In this document: positions 11,850 to 24,526 of the stretch, piece by piece
How positions within the stretch are numbered: position 1 is the first letter of the stretch
Layout of the letters: each line of letters starts with the position of its first letter
Assembly: GCA_001643675.2 (NCBI GenBank)
Contig: LSRY02000016.1
Span: forward strand, 1,116,001 to 1,180,000
Direction: 5' to 3'
DNA length: 64,000 bases
From: Monocercomonoides exilis PA203
Taxonomy: Eukaryota > Protista > Preaxostyla
Position numbers and translations under genes: made by a program
The notes under the pieces: model-generated
Seen by the model: only the letters and a program-made list of their open reading frames with translations
Databases searched by the model: none
What the model was told of the DNA's origin: nothing

Positions 11850-13224
11850 GATAAACAATTTTTTCATGATTATTTACAACTTACGGTTATTTGTTATTTT
11901 GGAAAATTTTTGTTCATAAAAAATTGTATATATTTTTTTTATTTAAGAACCCAGATCAAAGACTTGATGGTCATCTTGATAATATTTTGAATCGAGCGTT
12001 AAAAGCCACAACGTCGCAATTCGACATTCCTATACTATTATTTTATCTAGTTTTTAACTTTTTCAATTTAATTTTTGATTTTTTTTTTCTAATTTCTCTG
12101 TTTTAATCAAAAACACGATTTTCGGAATTAATATGAATTTGTGTTAATTTTAAATCATATAAAAAATTAAAACAAAGTCTCAATTATCGTTTATTTGTAT
12201 TAAGTTTTGAAATGAAAAGGATATTTGCAAGGATTTGAACTGAAAAGCAAGTCTATATGATTTTTTTGTTATTCAAATTACCAAACATATACAAACAAAT
12301 AATCATCTTTGCATACAAGAATCGTTTTATTTTAATAATGTTTATTTGTCATTTCAACAAATTTTAAAACAAATGGATGCATGCCTCTGAAATTGTGTTT
12401 TTTTGAAAAATGTGTGAAATGAGAAAAAATGATAAAAAAACAATTTGAGAAAGTTCAAATCAACCAAATCACATAAAAAAGAAACGATGTATTATGATAT
12501 GAAAGCTTGAAACTTCTTATAATGAGTGTTCGTTGGAAAAGCAGAAAACCAATGATCAATGTTTAAAATTATTATAATCCTTGATCTTTTTGTCAAATAT
12601 GAAATATTGAAAAAAAATACAGAATAAGGAAATAAAAACATTTCAAACATTTCTGGTTATTTTTTATTTATCACAAGCTTGTGTATAGCTGAAAGCATAA
12701 CATAAAAGAAAAAAGGTCAAGATAGAATCAAGACCCTATCAAATTTTGATATTTGAGACGAACTTTATAGATATGGGACAATATTTTTTGCAATATGAAA
12801 TTTGTTCCACATGGAACTTTCAAAGATTTTCCTTGATTTTTGAACATTTCTATATCATATTTTGCATGAGAATGTCAGAGAAATAAATTAACGATTTCAG
12901 TTAAAGTTTGAAACAAATTATTGATTTTTTCATTAAAGTGAATATTCTACCCCATATAACAATATTTAGTAATTCAAAAAAAATTCGAATTCGAAACAAT
13001 AAACTTAATGAGTTCAAAATTTTTTTATGTGTGAAAGTTATTCAAAAGTGCAGTTTTTTTGGTGTAAAAAAAAGCCTGAAGCACAGAATTCTGTTCCATT
13101 TATCCTTCTTGTGATTTTTCTTTCTCGATTTATGAGCGAAAAATGATGCGTTGTTTTAATTTTTTCGAAAAAATTAACTGAAACATTTTTCCAAATATAT
13201 GAATTTTGAATTAATGGCATCGGA

Positions 13225-13480
13225 TATGGTCATTCTTTTGAAAAAATCGTATCCATTTAATAACAGCATTTAACAAAATTGATTTTTTGAAGTCTTTTTT
13301 TGAAGTGAATCCATGATACTTCTCCACAACGCACTAATTTTCACATCAGATAAGTACGAATATTCTAATGTGCCAAGTGATAGCGTTTGATGGATTTCCC
13401 ACAAATAAATGACAAAAAATATTCAATTTTTTTTCACCAAGTTTTTTCACATTTGCGATTTTTCAAAAAGAATGACCTAT
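13225..13480. mobile_element. MITE-like element, family C (~255 bp)
   Basis: Inverted termini TATGGTCATTCTTTTGAAAAAATCG (13225-13249) and CGATTTTTCAAAAAGAATGACCTAT (13456-13480). Confidence 0.6.
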
Positions 13481-13584
13481 ATATTGAAGAAAAACAACCA
13501 ATCAATTTTTCAAATTTTTTTTTTGACAGTTTGACATATTAATTATTTGCTTAACATTTAATGAACTTCAATAGCAAAAAGTGG

Positions 13585-15042
13585 GGCATATTGAAATGAA
13601 AAGGACATCTATGAAAATTCGCGATTATCACTTATTCCTTGTTATTTTGTTTCATTAATGAACAATTGAAGGTTTTATTAACAGAAACGAAACGATTTCA
13701 ACCGATGAAAAATAAAGAAAATCTAGTTTATCTCATAAATAATGGAATGATCAAAAAGAATTTGTTCGACATTTATCGCTATTGCTCGAATGTCATACAT
13801 GTCAGAACCTCACAAACAATTACACTCCATTTTTCAGAGGTTTTTATTTGAAAGCAGTGGAACAGACTTTCTTTTCGAGATTGAAATTTTTGTCAAACCC
13901 CTAAAATGCAAAAATGGTCATTCAAACATTTCAATTGTTTCTGAACATGGATGCAAATCTAATTATTCATGTTCCACATGCAAAAAAAGAATGTCAATCC
14001 GCACTGGAACGATTTTTGCTCGATCACCTTTGAAAATTTCTACAATTTTGATATTGGCTTATTGTATTTGGATTCATATCAGTGACACTCAAGCTTCATT
14101 TATATCAGTGGTTGAAGTCCACTCTGTTGGTGCATTTTACAGTAAATTCAGAAGAGCTTGTTCGATGTTTTTGTTCAAAAATCCAAGAACGATAGGAGAT
14201 CCTGGCGTTGAGGTGGAAATAGATAAATCGGCTTGGCGGAGAAGGAAATATAAAAGATGTTTGATTCATTCACATATTTTCTCATAATTTTAAAAAATTG
14301 TTCAAGGTCAAAATAAGAAACTTATTAGGCATTTCGGGTTAATTGAACGTTAAAAATCAATTGGATCAAAACATTTAATGGCAGCTTTTTTTGTGGGAAG
14401 GCGATCAGCAAACGTGCTTCTTCCTCTTATTCAAAAAATAATTAAGCCAGATTCCATCGTTATTTCGGATCAATGGAAAACATATTCCAAACTCTCTGAA
14501 TTAGGATATATCCATCACACTGTTAATCATTCAAAAGAATTTGTTAACGTAAAGGGAGAATCAACAAACACTTTCGAAGGATCTTAGGCCCACTTGCGCC
14601 GTTATATGCCTGCATTTGAAGTTTTATGTACTGGTCTGGAAGAATATCTATATGCATATTTGTGTCAGCATCATGAAGATAAAACCTTTTTGGAATTCTT
14701 GAAAATTATGGTTTATCACAATGAAAATGAATATCACGAAGAACTCAGAAAATTCTTTCCTGATGATGACATCGATCAAGATCCTTCAGAAGATGAGATA
14801 TCATCAGATTCATCAAACGATTTCGAATATGAAAAAGATGACATTATTAATGAAGGCAGTGGAGCAAGCGACTGGTCAGATACAGAAATGACGAAAAAAA
14901 GAACGAAATCTCTTCAATAAATCCATTTCATTTTTCACTTTCATGACACAATTCAACTTATAAATATCAAAAACTATAATATTAACTTTAAAATAGTTTT
15001 TTTATTAAAAAATGACTGATGTGCTCCAAGTTTCATTATGCC
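13585..15042 (+). mobile_element. Merlin / IS1016(IS1595)-like DNA transposon, full length but inactivated
   Basis: Imperfect 25-bp TIRs GGCATATTGAAATGAAAAGGACATC and GATGTGCTCCAAGTTTCATTATGCC. 8-bp TSD AAAAGTGG / AAAAGAGG at 13577-13584 and 15043-15050. Confidence 0.85.
13790..14920 (+). pseudogene. ISXO2-like (Merlin) transposase pseudogene with a probable intron at 14259-14306
   Basis: Zn-ribbon CKNGH..CSTC, SIRTGTIF, VEID, FGLIER, IVISDQWKTY, HHTVNHS and TNTFEG. In-frame stops, including TAG where W is expected at 14585. Confidence 0.85.
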
Positions 15043-15410
15043 AAAAGAGGATAATGTGCAAAAAAATCACACTGTTTAAAAAATGAATTCTAATTCCAAA
15101 TGGAACTTCCTTTTCAAACATTGTCAAAGACTCTTCACATATATTTGGATTATTTTAAAGAATTTCCATCAACAAAAAAACAAACAATCCAAACAATTAT
15201 AAAAGAAACACATGCACACAAAAAATATACGAAGTTTGAATTGGAATATAGGTAACAAAATAAAAAACATCAAATACAATTTTTTTTAAATGATATGATA
15301 ATAGAAACAACAAAATAAACAGTAAGTCTGATAAAAAACACTACCTATGAGAAGTTAAAGCAACTCATGCTTTTCCTAAAGATTTTTTAAATTAAAACAA
15401 ACCAACGGAG

Positions 15411-17830
15411 TTAATAACGCCATGCAACTTTTTGCCCTTTTGGATGAACAATCGCCTGAGAAGCTGGAAGTTCAAGAAGCCTTGTGACTTCAAACGACGA
15501 TCCTTCAATGCTCACAAGTGCCTGCACGTTACGTTCAATTAATATAATCACAATTATTGTTATTAAATACAAGATAAACATTGCAAAAATAATTATCAAA
15601 AAAAAAAATGTGAATCACTCCAAACCATAAATCTGATAGATTCAGGAATGTCAACGAAGTAATTGGGTTGCTGTTTGCCTTTCACGAAAAAGTGGGCTGT
15701 ACGATGAGCAGCTGTCATATCCACCTGAACACCAACCTGATCGCCTTCGTTGTAGCGGCTGTTACCAAGCGTCCACCGCCCATCTTGACGTAGAGGAGCA
15801 GATCTGATTCATAACACAATCAAAAAGTGTGAATCATGAGATACATAAATCAATTGACAGATAAAACAAGATTAATTGAAACAGAATGAATTTTTTTAAA
15901 AAACACTGCACACTCAACACCATAATATCCAGCGCTATTCTTATCTCTTCCGGGTCTGTAATCAGCAGGTGCTGTAAAATTAGAATGGCACAAGCCAAAT
16001 GCTGAAGAAGGAGTTGAAGTGATATGACATTAATGAGAAAAAGGAGAAAGAAACACGAAAATTTGTTTCAAATTAATAAATTAAATAAAAATAAAATTTA
16101 ATTCATAAAATATTCATAATGACAGAATGATCAATTTGAACAAACTCTGCTGCTTGTCAATGTTTGTGAACACGAATTCGCAGTACCAGATGCCTCTGTC
16201 GATGATTTTGTTAACAATAACAGAAGTTGTGCCTTTCTTCACAGCAAGCACTTTGTTCTCCTTCTGGACACAGTGATAGACATCAGGGAATTTGAATGAG
16301 AGATCGCGGCGGACATCCACTTCAGCGACTGAACAGCAGATAAGAATGAAAAAAAATATGAGAACATTCAATATTTGGAGTAATTGCATTAAAAAAAAAA
16401 GAATAATATCACAAATATCTAAACAATAAAAGCAGTGAAAAAAACACAGCAATATATTTCTTTTTGAAAATAAAACAAAAAAAGAGAAAAATATTCTCAT
16501 AAATGCATTGAGCGTACTGATGTCATCGAACAGGATAACAGGAATGGTGATTGCTGGTGTTGAGCTGCTCCGTTTGAGCGTTCCCGACTTCTTTTTGCTA
16601 GGCATCATCGTCCCACCAGCATCAACCATCGACATCGACAACGTTGATGCAGAGCGCTTCATTCCTCCTTCTTTACCTTCCTCATCTTCTTTCCTCTTTT
16701 CGTCGTCTTTTCCAAATGGCGCTTGAGGAGGTGCAGGAAGCGGAGGTTCGCTCTCGGAAGATGGTGTTGATGAAGATGAAGCTGATGAAGACAACATTCT
16801 GCTTCCACCAGGCTGATATCTGTCTGACAACTTAGCCTCGCTCGATGTTTTCGTGCGAAGGACATGAAGAGTGCCAGCTGCGTCGCGTGCGATGTCCGGA
16901 TTTTCGTTTGTGCTTAAATCATCCAAACTTGACATTATTTTATCTCTCAACTTTCCCTTTTTCAACCTAACATCCACAGCCGCTATGTCTGATTCACAAA
17001 TGGCAGTGAGGATTTCCAGAGCAGCCCTCTTTGTGGCAATCGTTCCTGGCTTTAGAGGATCCAATAAAGCAGGAAGTCTGTCCACAAACCCAGAATAAAC
17101 AATTGTACTTGTTACTGCTTTTCGAGATAAGTTCTCTGGGCCTGGTCCAGCCACTCCATGTGGAGCTGCTTTAAGTTCAGAAGAACTCGGAATTAACATG
17201 AGAAGTGCTTTTTTTGCTGCAAGAATAACATTTTGATTTGGGCACTCCAGGAGAGCAAGAAGAGGAAGAACAATTGGAGGTATTCCAGTTCCAGTAATTT
17301 CATTTTCTAAATAATTAGATATTAAGCATAATAAATCAGAGCATGCAAGCTAAAACACAATGTTAAACTAAATGAACATATAAATAATTCTCGCAATTCA
17401 TACAAATAGTTCATCATGAGGTCTATCTTTCATCAATGTTGTGATAATTGAAAGAAGTCCTTGAGAAACCATATCAAGAATGCAATCCTTCTCTATAATG
17501 AAGAAATAATAAACGTAGTTTCAATGGCAATTATAATAATTTTTATTGCTTTAAAGTAATCAGCGAAATACAAACTTCTCAACGCAAACATGCACAGTTT
17601 TCTAATTGTTTCTAATTCCTTTCCCTCTTCATCCCTCAAAACCCTAATCAATTCTCCTAAATTTTTTGCCTAAAAATATAACAAACGAGGAAGTATAATT
17701 GCATCCAAAAGCGTAAATAAATAATTGAATTTCAATTTGTCAAACAAAAATCAAAATACAAAATTCTTCAAACATCAAGACGCTCACTAACAATTATAGC
17801 ATCCTCCGCTGGATTTCTTTTTGAAGACAT
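15411..17830 (-). CDS. Multi-exon protein with helical (ARM/HEAT-like) N-terminus, Ser-rich linker and C-terminal SPRY/B30.2-like domain
   Basis: ATG at 17830 (MSSKRNPAEDAII). GT-AG introns join in frame to GIWYCEFVF..FGLC..AGYYG..GNSRYNEGDQVGVQVDM..HFFVKGKQQP..IPESIRF. Stop TAA at 15411. Confidence 0.75.
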
Positions 17831-17996
17831 TGAAATGCCTTTGCAATCTTCGGATTAGATTTATTTGATCTATCCCCTATTGTTTTCAATCGATCTATCC
17901 CATTGTAAGTTCATTGATTCCTTTTCTCGTCATTTTGCGACCAATTGGCTCCATCTAAACCTTCAATCTTGCTCCCTTTCTTTTTAAAAATTAATC

Positions 17997-19401
17997 ATGC
18001 GTTTAAATATTTTAACTACATTTACAATTATGTTTTTTGTGCTTTTATCACATGCCGGAGAAGATTTGTACAAAGTTCTTGGCATTGATAAGTCTGCTTC
18101 AAAGGAAGACATTAAGCGAGCATACAAACAAATGTCCTTGAAGTATCATCCAGATAAAGTCAAGGATACTGACAAGGAGACTGCAGAACGAAGATTTGCT
18201 GATATTGCAAATGCTTATGAAATTCTTTCTGATGACAAAAAACGAGAAATTTATGACAGTGGAGGAGAAGAAGCTTTAAGAAGAGAGGAACAAGGATTTG
18301 GCGGAGGAGGGGGAGGCTTTGATCCATTTGACATTTTTAATCAATTCCATGCAACATTCACAACCCATGACACATCACATCAACAACGTGCATCTCGTCC
18401 TCGTGGAGATCTCGTAGTTCCGTTACCACTCACATTGGAAGAAATATACAATGGAATTGAATTGGATGTTTGCATTATTTTTTCTACTGAAATTTAAACT
18501 TTTTTTCTCTTTTCGAATTTTCACAGGCAGTTGTTTCACACAGAATTATTTGCAAGAGCTGCAAAGGCATGAGAGTTTTTTTAAAAAAATCAATTTTATG
18601 CTGTCAATTTTTTTAAAATCATTCTTTGTGCAAATTCATTTCTTATTCATCTGAATTATGAAACTCTTTCTTTTTGCAGGAAAAGGTGCAGCCCCAAATG
18701 GAATGAAGCAATGTCATAAGTGCAAAGGTCGCGGAGTGATCACTGTGAAGCGAGCTATGCCGTTTGGGTACTTTACATCGCAGGAGACTTGCGATGTCTG
18801 CGGAGGGGCAGGGTCGATTATTTCTCAGAGATGCAGCGTTTGCAAAGGAGGGGGCACAGTTATGGGCACAGATAAGATTAAAGTGACTGTTGCGCCTGGC
18901 GTGAGCGATGGCTTTGAGATTGTGTATCCCGATCAAGGAGACCAGTTCGTTTCTGGAGACAGATCGAAGCTGGTGATGAGAGTGAGGGAAGAAGAGATGG
19001 AGAAGCAGACTTTGGTGTCGCAGGGCGTTTTGAAGGAAAGAGGCACTCCAAACCTCAAGCAGAAGCCTTTCTTTGTTCGGGACTCCAAAAACAACTTGCA
19101 TGTGAATTTCACCATCACTCTTCTGGAGTCGATTGTTGGAGAAGTGTTTCAAATTCCGCATTTTGGCAATCGCCTTGTGACGGTTGACAGGAAGAATAAG
19201 TTCACAAGAGAAGGAGAAGTGATCACTGTAAAAGGAGAAGGACTGCCAATAGGCAAAAAGAGCGGTTCGTGGATGAGCTCATGGAGCAAGAAAAACAACA
19301 GCAAGACACAAAAGGCTGATCTCATCATCACTTTCCATGTTCAATATCCAAAGCAACTCAGCGAAAAACAACGAAAAGCTATCATCGAAACACTGTCTTA
19401 A
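17997..19401 (+). CDS. ER-lumenal type-I DnaJ co-chaperone (Scj1/ERdj3-like); exons 17997-18467, 18527-18566, 18680-19401
   Basis: Signal peptide, J-domain with HPD, G/F region, four CxxCxGxG repeats after splicing, DnaJ C-terminal domain. Confidence 0.9.
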
Positions 19402-19710
19402 CACAGAAAACTACAGCTATAACTGCTCTTCAATCTCCACTTCAGTTTCTGCTTCATGTCATTCTTGATGGAATCGGAATTAATGAAGAATTCACCGAAT
19501 GTTTCTCTCAGATAATTCATTTCAAGGAGTGAAAGATTATTTATCAATATAGTTTTTTACATTACCGTTTTTCTGAATAATTTTATGTTTTATTTTGCGT
19601 ATGAAATCTGATTTCTTATTTCTGTTCAGCAATAAGAACATTTTTGAAAAGAGTTAGAAGTGATCTACATGTAATAAAATATAGTTATCCCATAGTTTCT
19701 TCTATTTTCA

Positions 19711-22700
19711 ATGAGTCTGATCATTTCTCCTTTTCGAACGATTGGACTCGTTTCCGGTGATTTACCGTTGTCATTTCGTCATGAAAAAATTGATGCGTAT
19801 ATTTCATGTGCAGTCGAGAATTTTTATCAAATATATAATGTATATATTTCAATTTCGTAATATATTTCATTGTTGTTGATTATTCGAAACTATTTTATAT
19901 ATGTCTTTAATGTAGCTATCAAAATTGCGTTTATGTTATGTAGGTACGCTATTTTTATTTGTTTTTTTGAAACGTTTAAATGGAAATCTTTTTAAAAAGG
20001 TGTTCGACAATCCACAAAAATAACTGCTTTCTTGGACACTAAAAATATCACATTTCTTTCTGTTAATGGAGCAATTAAAATTTATCGCAGAAATAGATTG
20101 GTTTGCTTTCTATAAATATGCATTTTCTTATCAAACTCATTTTTTTCAGTTGCGTATTTTACCTGGTCACCCTGATCATCCTGTTACAAATATTATGGAA
20201 CTGGGAAGTTATATAGTGACAACTACTGCAACAAATATTCTTTGCGTTTGGGATTTTAGAAGAGGGAATTGCATATTTTCTTGTTCTCTTCCTCCAAAAG
20301 ATCTAATAACTGCGATTGCACACCCACCAACATATGTGAACATGCTGCTGATTGGAACAATCTTAGGAAACATTTATCTTCTCAATTTTGTTTCAGGCAA
20401 AGTTGTTAATCTTTCATTAAATCATACAACTGATGATCATTTTGATGTATTTGAAGAAATGGCAAAAGTTAAGAAAGGATCCTTATCCTTTGTTGGGTCT
20501 CCTTTGCAAAAAGCTGCTATTACATGCATTTCAGTTTCTCCTGCTTTGGATTGTGTTGCTATTGGAGATGTTTCAGGTGTTATTCGACTGGTCAACATTA
20601 GAGATGATGTTATTCTGTTTTCTTTGAGGCAAAAGGGAACTGTCACAGCAGTAACTTTCAGAACAGGTTCGATTCCATTTTAATTTTCTTTTTGCTTTAT
20701 GCTTTTTTTATTTTTATTTTTTTATTTTTTTATTTTTTGTCTTTCAATTTGTTTCTAAAATTTTATCATTTCTTTTTTTTTTGAACGATATCTTCACACT
20801 CACATTATTTTAATCAACCCACACCTCAACCTTCGTTCCCCCAGTTGGCGATGAGGACTCCATTCTTGTGAGTGCCTCCAACACAGGCTTCCTGTCCGTC
20901 TGGGACCTGACAAAGCGCACGCTCTGTGTGCCAGCCTTCCACGCGCACCAGGGCTCTATCCGCGGCTGTGTGTTTGTGAATGGGATGTCACTGGCAGTCA
21001 CGAACGGCGACGACAACGCCATTCGCGTGTGGACATTCGACAAGCACACCAACGCACCCAGGCTCGTCCGGTCGCGCCAGGGCCACTCGCAACCTCCCAC
21101 TGCGCTGGCATTTGTGAACGAGGACGGTTCTCCCACAGCCTCGTCGAATGTGTGCTCAACTGCCCCTGCTGTGTTCATCCTCTCTGCCTCTTCTGACCAT
21201 TCGCTGAGAGCGTTTCATACAGTCAAAGACGAGCAGAGCACGTCGTTTTCGCAGAGCGGCGCGACGAAGAAGAAAGGAAAGATACTTCCTTCGTCGATTT
21301 TCACTGAGCATGCCACACAAAAGTCGGATGGACAGTATTCTTCAAGCAGCGACCAGACTATGCTCAGACCTGTTACGGATATGGCTGTTGGTTTGAAGAA
21401 ATTTTCTTTATAAATTTTTTTAAAAGTAATAATATTAATTTTTTTCTTTCAATATATTTATTATGATATATGCTGATATTTATATATGTCCTCCTTAAAA
21501 ACGATTTTATTCCCTCCTTTTTATTCAAATATTCATTTTGTATAACATTCATTTACTTCAATCAATCAATCAATCATCATCATCATCATCATCATCTTCT
21601 TCTTCTTCTTCTTCTTCTTCTTCTTCTTCTTCTTCTTCTTCTTCTTCTTCTTCTTCTTCTTCTTCTTCTTCTTCTTCTTCTTCTTCTTCTTCTTCTTCTT
21701 CTTCTTCTTCTTCTTCTTCTTCTTCTTCTTCTCTTCTTCACCAGCCACATTGCGTGATCCCTTATGGCCAGGCGTAGCCACCGTGCACGAGCAAGACCCC
21801 CAGCCACACCTGTGGCATTGGCAAAACAGAGTCGTCTCTTCAGTCAGACCTCACACGAAGTTCGCAACACCTGCCAGATGCGTCGCCATTTCGAACTGTG
21901 GAACAGCTTCTATCGGAGGAGGGAGAGGCTCTTTGGTCGCTTTTGGCGATGCTGCGGGCTTTGCAGAGGTGGTTTCAGCACAGTCTGGAATGCATCTGTG
22001 GCGGTTTGACTCAACACCTGCAACGAATGAATCAGATGAAGAATTCATTGGCAATACTGTGAATGAAGCAAATGCTAGCTCAGCCCGCTCGCCTCTTGTG
22101 GCTGTGTATTTTGACGGGGCGATGCGGTTTCTGTTGGGTGTGAGTGAGAACGGAGCAGTTGTTCACTGGAACATCGCGAAGTTCTCTGCAAAGCAGCGGG
22201 TGCTGGCTGAAGACGAGGCGCTTCCGCCTTCATCGGACTATCAGCTGAATGCGAATGTGGCAGCGACTGCGTTTGCCGCAGAGCAGAGTCTGCTGTGTGT
22301 TGCACTGAACACAAGGAAGATTGTTGTGCTGGATGTGACTTCTCCTGCATTGGATGAGTCTTCTTCTTCTTCTTCTTCTCCATCATCATCATCATCATCT
22401 CAACTTCAATCACTCAACAATTCCATTCAAATGGGCTTTGGCAGCGAGACATTCAAATGCCACATTGTGCGCCGTCTGCGCGGCCATCAAGACGACATCA
22501 CAGCTGTCTCGTTCTCACCTGACTCGCGAATGATTGTGTCAGCCTCACTCGACCAGACAATTAGACTGTGGGACATCCCAACTGGAAGATGTGTGGGCAT
22601 ATGCTCTCTCATTCACCCACTTATGCCACAGCCATTGCAATCATCTGTGTCATCTTCTTCGTCTTCGTCTTCTTCATCATCTTCCTCTTCCTCCTCTTCT

Positions 22701-24260
22701 TCCTCCTCTTCTTCCTCCTCTTCTTCCTCCTCTTCAGTTCCCAAGCGTCCTCGCCTGATTCCTGTGTGCAGTCCAGTTGTGGCTCTGACGGTGTGTGCTG
22801 ACCGAGTGAGCAAAGGAGTGGCGAGTGGGGTTGGCGACGATGCGAGTCTGTTGGGCTCAGTTGGAATGCGAATAGCAACAGCACATGCAAGCTGGAGGGG
22901 CATACAGCTGTGGACAGTGCAGATGAAGACAGACGTGGATGAGGAGGATGAGATGGTGTTTCAAGAAGCGTTTGAAGAAGATGAAGAAAGTGCAAAAGCA
23001 AAGTTAGCTCTTTCATTCAAGCACAACATTCTAAAAGAGCATTCTTTGCTGTCTTTGAGAATGCTCCCGTTCCAAACAACCACTTCGTTAACCCCACTTC
23101 ATGTCCGATATGCCCTCGCCACTTTCTCCTCTCTCCCGCGCAGCGTCGCCCAGAACTTGCCCATCACAGCAGTGATACAAGCACAGTCTGCAGCGCGTGC
23201 TGCTACCGTGTCTGCCACATCGCATTCAAGCATCTTCGCAGCAGGCGCTGACTCCACCCCGTTCTTTTTGACGACCATTCCGGGTTTGAAACCAACGTTT
23301 GCTCCGAATAAAGCGGAGGAGAAAGGGAATTCTTCCTCTTCTTCTTCTTCTTCCGCATCTTCCTCTTCTTCTGCTTCTTCCTCTTCTTCTGCAGATGCTT
23401 CGTCTAATAAAAGCAGCCAGTCAGAAAAGAAGCCGTTCAATTTGGAGGCAGCGATGGCTGAGCTGCTGCAAAGTGCTGCAGAATCAGGTTCATCTTCATC
23501 AAAGGAGCTGTCTGGCTCTGTCGCCTTTTTCACGTCTGGCTCAACTGACTCACAATCTTCTTCTCTTTCTGGCAAAGCTGCTGCTGATGACGAAGCAAAA
23601 TCTTCTGCCCCAGCCTCCAAAATCCTCAGGAACCAGGTTCAACATCGCTCACAGTTTTCGTCTATTCTGATGAGGTGTGTCAGAGCACACAAAGAGAAAT
23701 GCCTTCTCAGCTTGTCTAAGATTGCGCCCCAGTCTGCCAGGCGCACACCCTCTGAACACGACTGCTTTGACCCGCTTTACCAGTTCATCCACACACTTTC
23801 GCCGGCTTCTATTCACTCGGCCATTGTGATGCTTTCGGAGCTGCCGCCGCTGCAAATTGGCGGAGGAGCAGAGAAAGAGATGGATGAAGACGACATTACG
23901 AACATGTGTGTGTTCTTTAATTCTGAGCTTGGGGCGAAAGGGAAAGGAAGAGAATTCGATATGCTGATGGCGATGCTGAATGTGTTTCTGAAGGCGCACA
24001 GCGATGCGATCCGTGCGAAATGCTCAGAGCAACCTTCAGATTTATCATCATCATCTTCTTCTTCTTCTGAAGAGAAAGTAGATGATGAAGACAACTGGAT
24101 TGACTCGAGCTCTTTCAGTTCTGCTTCCAGCTTCTCAAAAAGGTTTCCTCAGCTCTTCAAAAAGCTGCTGGAGACAACACAACACCGCTGGAAGGCGTTG
24201 GATACTTTGTTCCAAAATGGCCTTGCTCTCATTTCACTTTTAACAAAAACTAACATTTAA
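19711..24260 (+). CDS. UTP21: WD40 U3 snoRNP protein UTP21/WDR36, multi-exon
   Basis: N-terminus MSLIISPFRTIGLVS, HPPTYVNMLL, DNAIRVWTFD..PRLVRSRQGHSQPP, GHQDDITAVSFSPDSR, TPFFLTT, and C-terminal Utp21 domain (LSPASIHSAI..EFDMLMAMLNVFLKAH). Confidence 0.9.
21574..21739 (+). repeat. (TCA)n-(TCT)~45 microsatellite inside a UTP21 intron
   Basis: Direct reading; the run ends just before the CACCAG acceptor. Confidence 0.95.
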
Positions 24261-24526
24261 AACAGAAAATGTCACATTACACTAAAAAAATGTTTTTTTT
24301 TCCTTTTTGAGTGCATGTTTTTCACAGAAGCGATGAAGTGATTGCTCTTTATGTGAAAAACAATTTAGAAAAGAGAGAGAAATGTTTGAAGTGTCAAATG
24401 AAGTGCAATTGAATACAATAAATAATTGCATTAATGATAATGTGAAATGTTTTATTTTTTGAAATGATTATAACTTTATTTATTTATTTATCGTTTAATT
24501 TTTTCACATTTATCGTTCAATCACTT

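Noticed and set aside
21470-21807. Poly-Leu, Ser, Lys and Arg ORFs
   Set aside because: Translations of an intronic TCT microsatellite.
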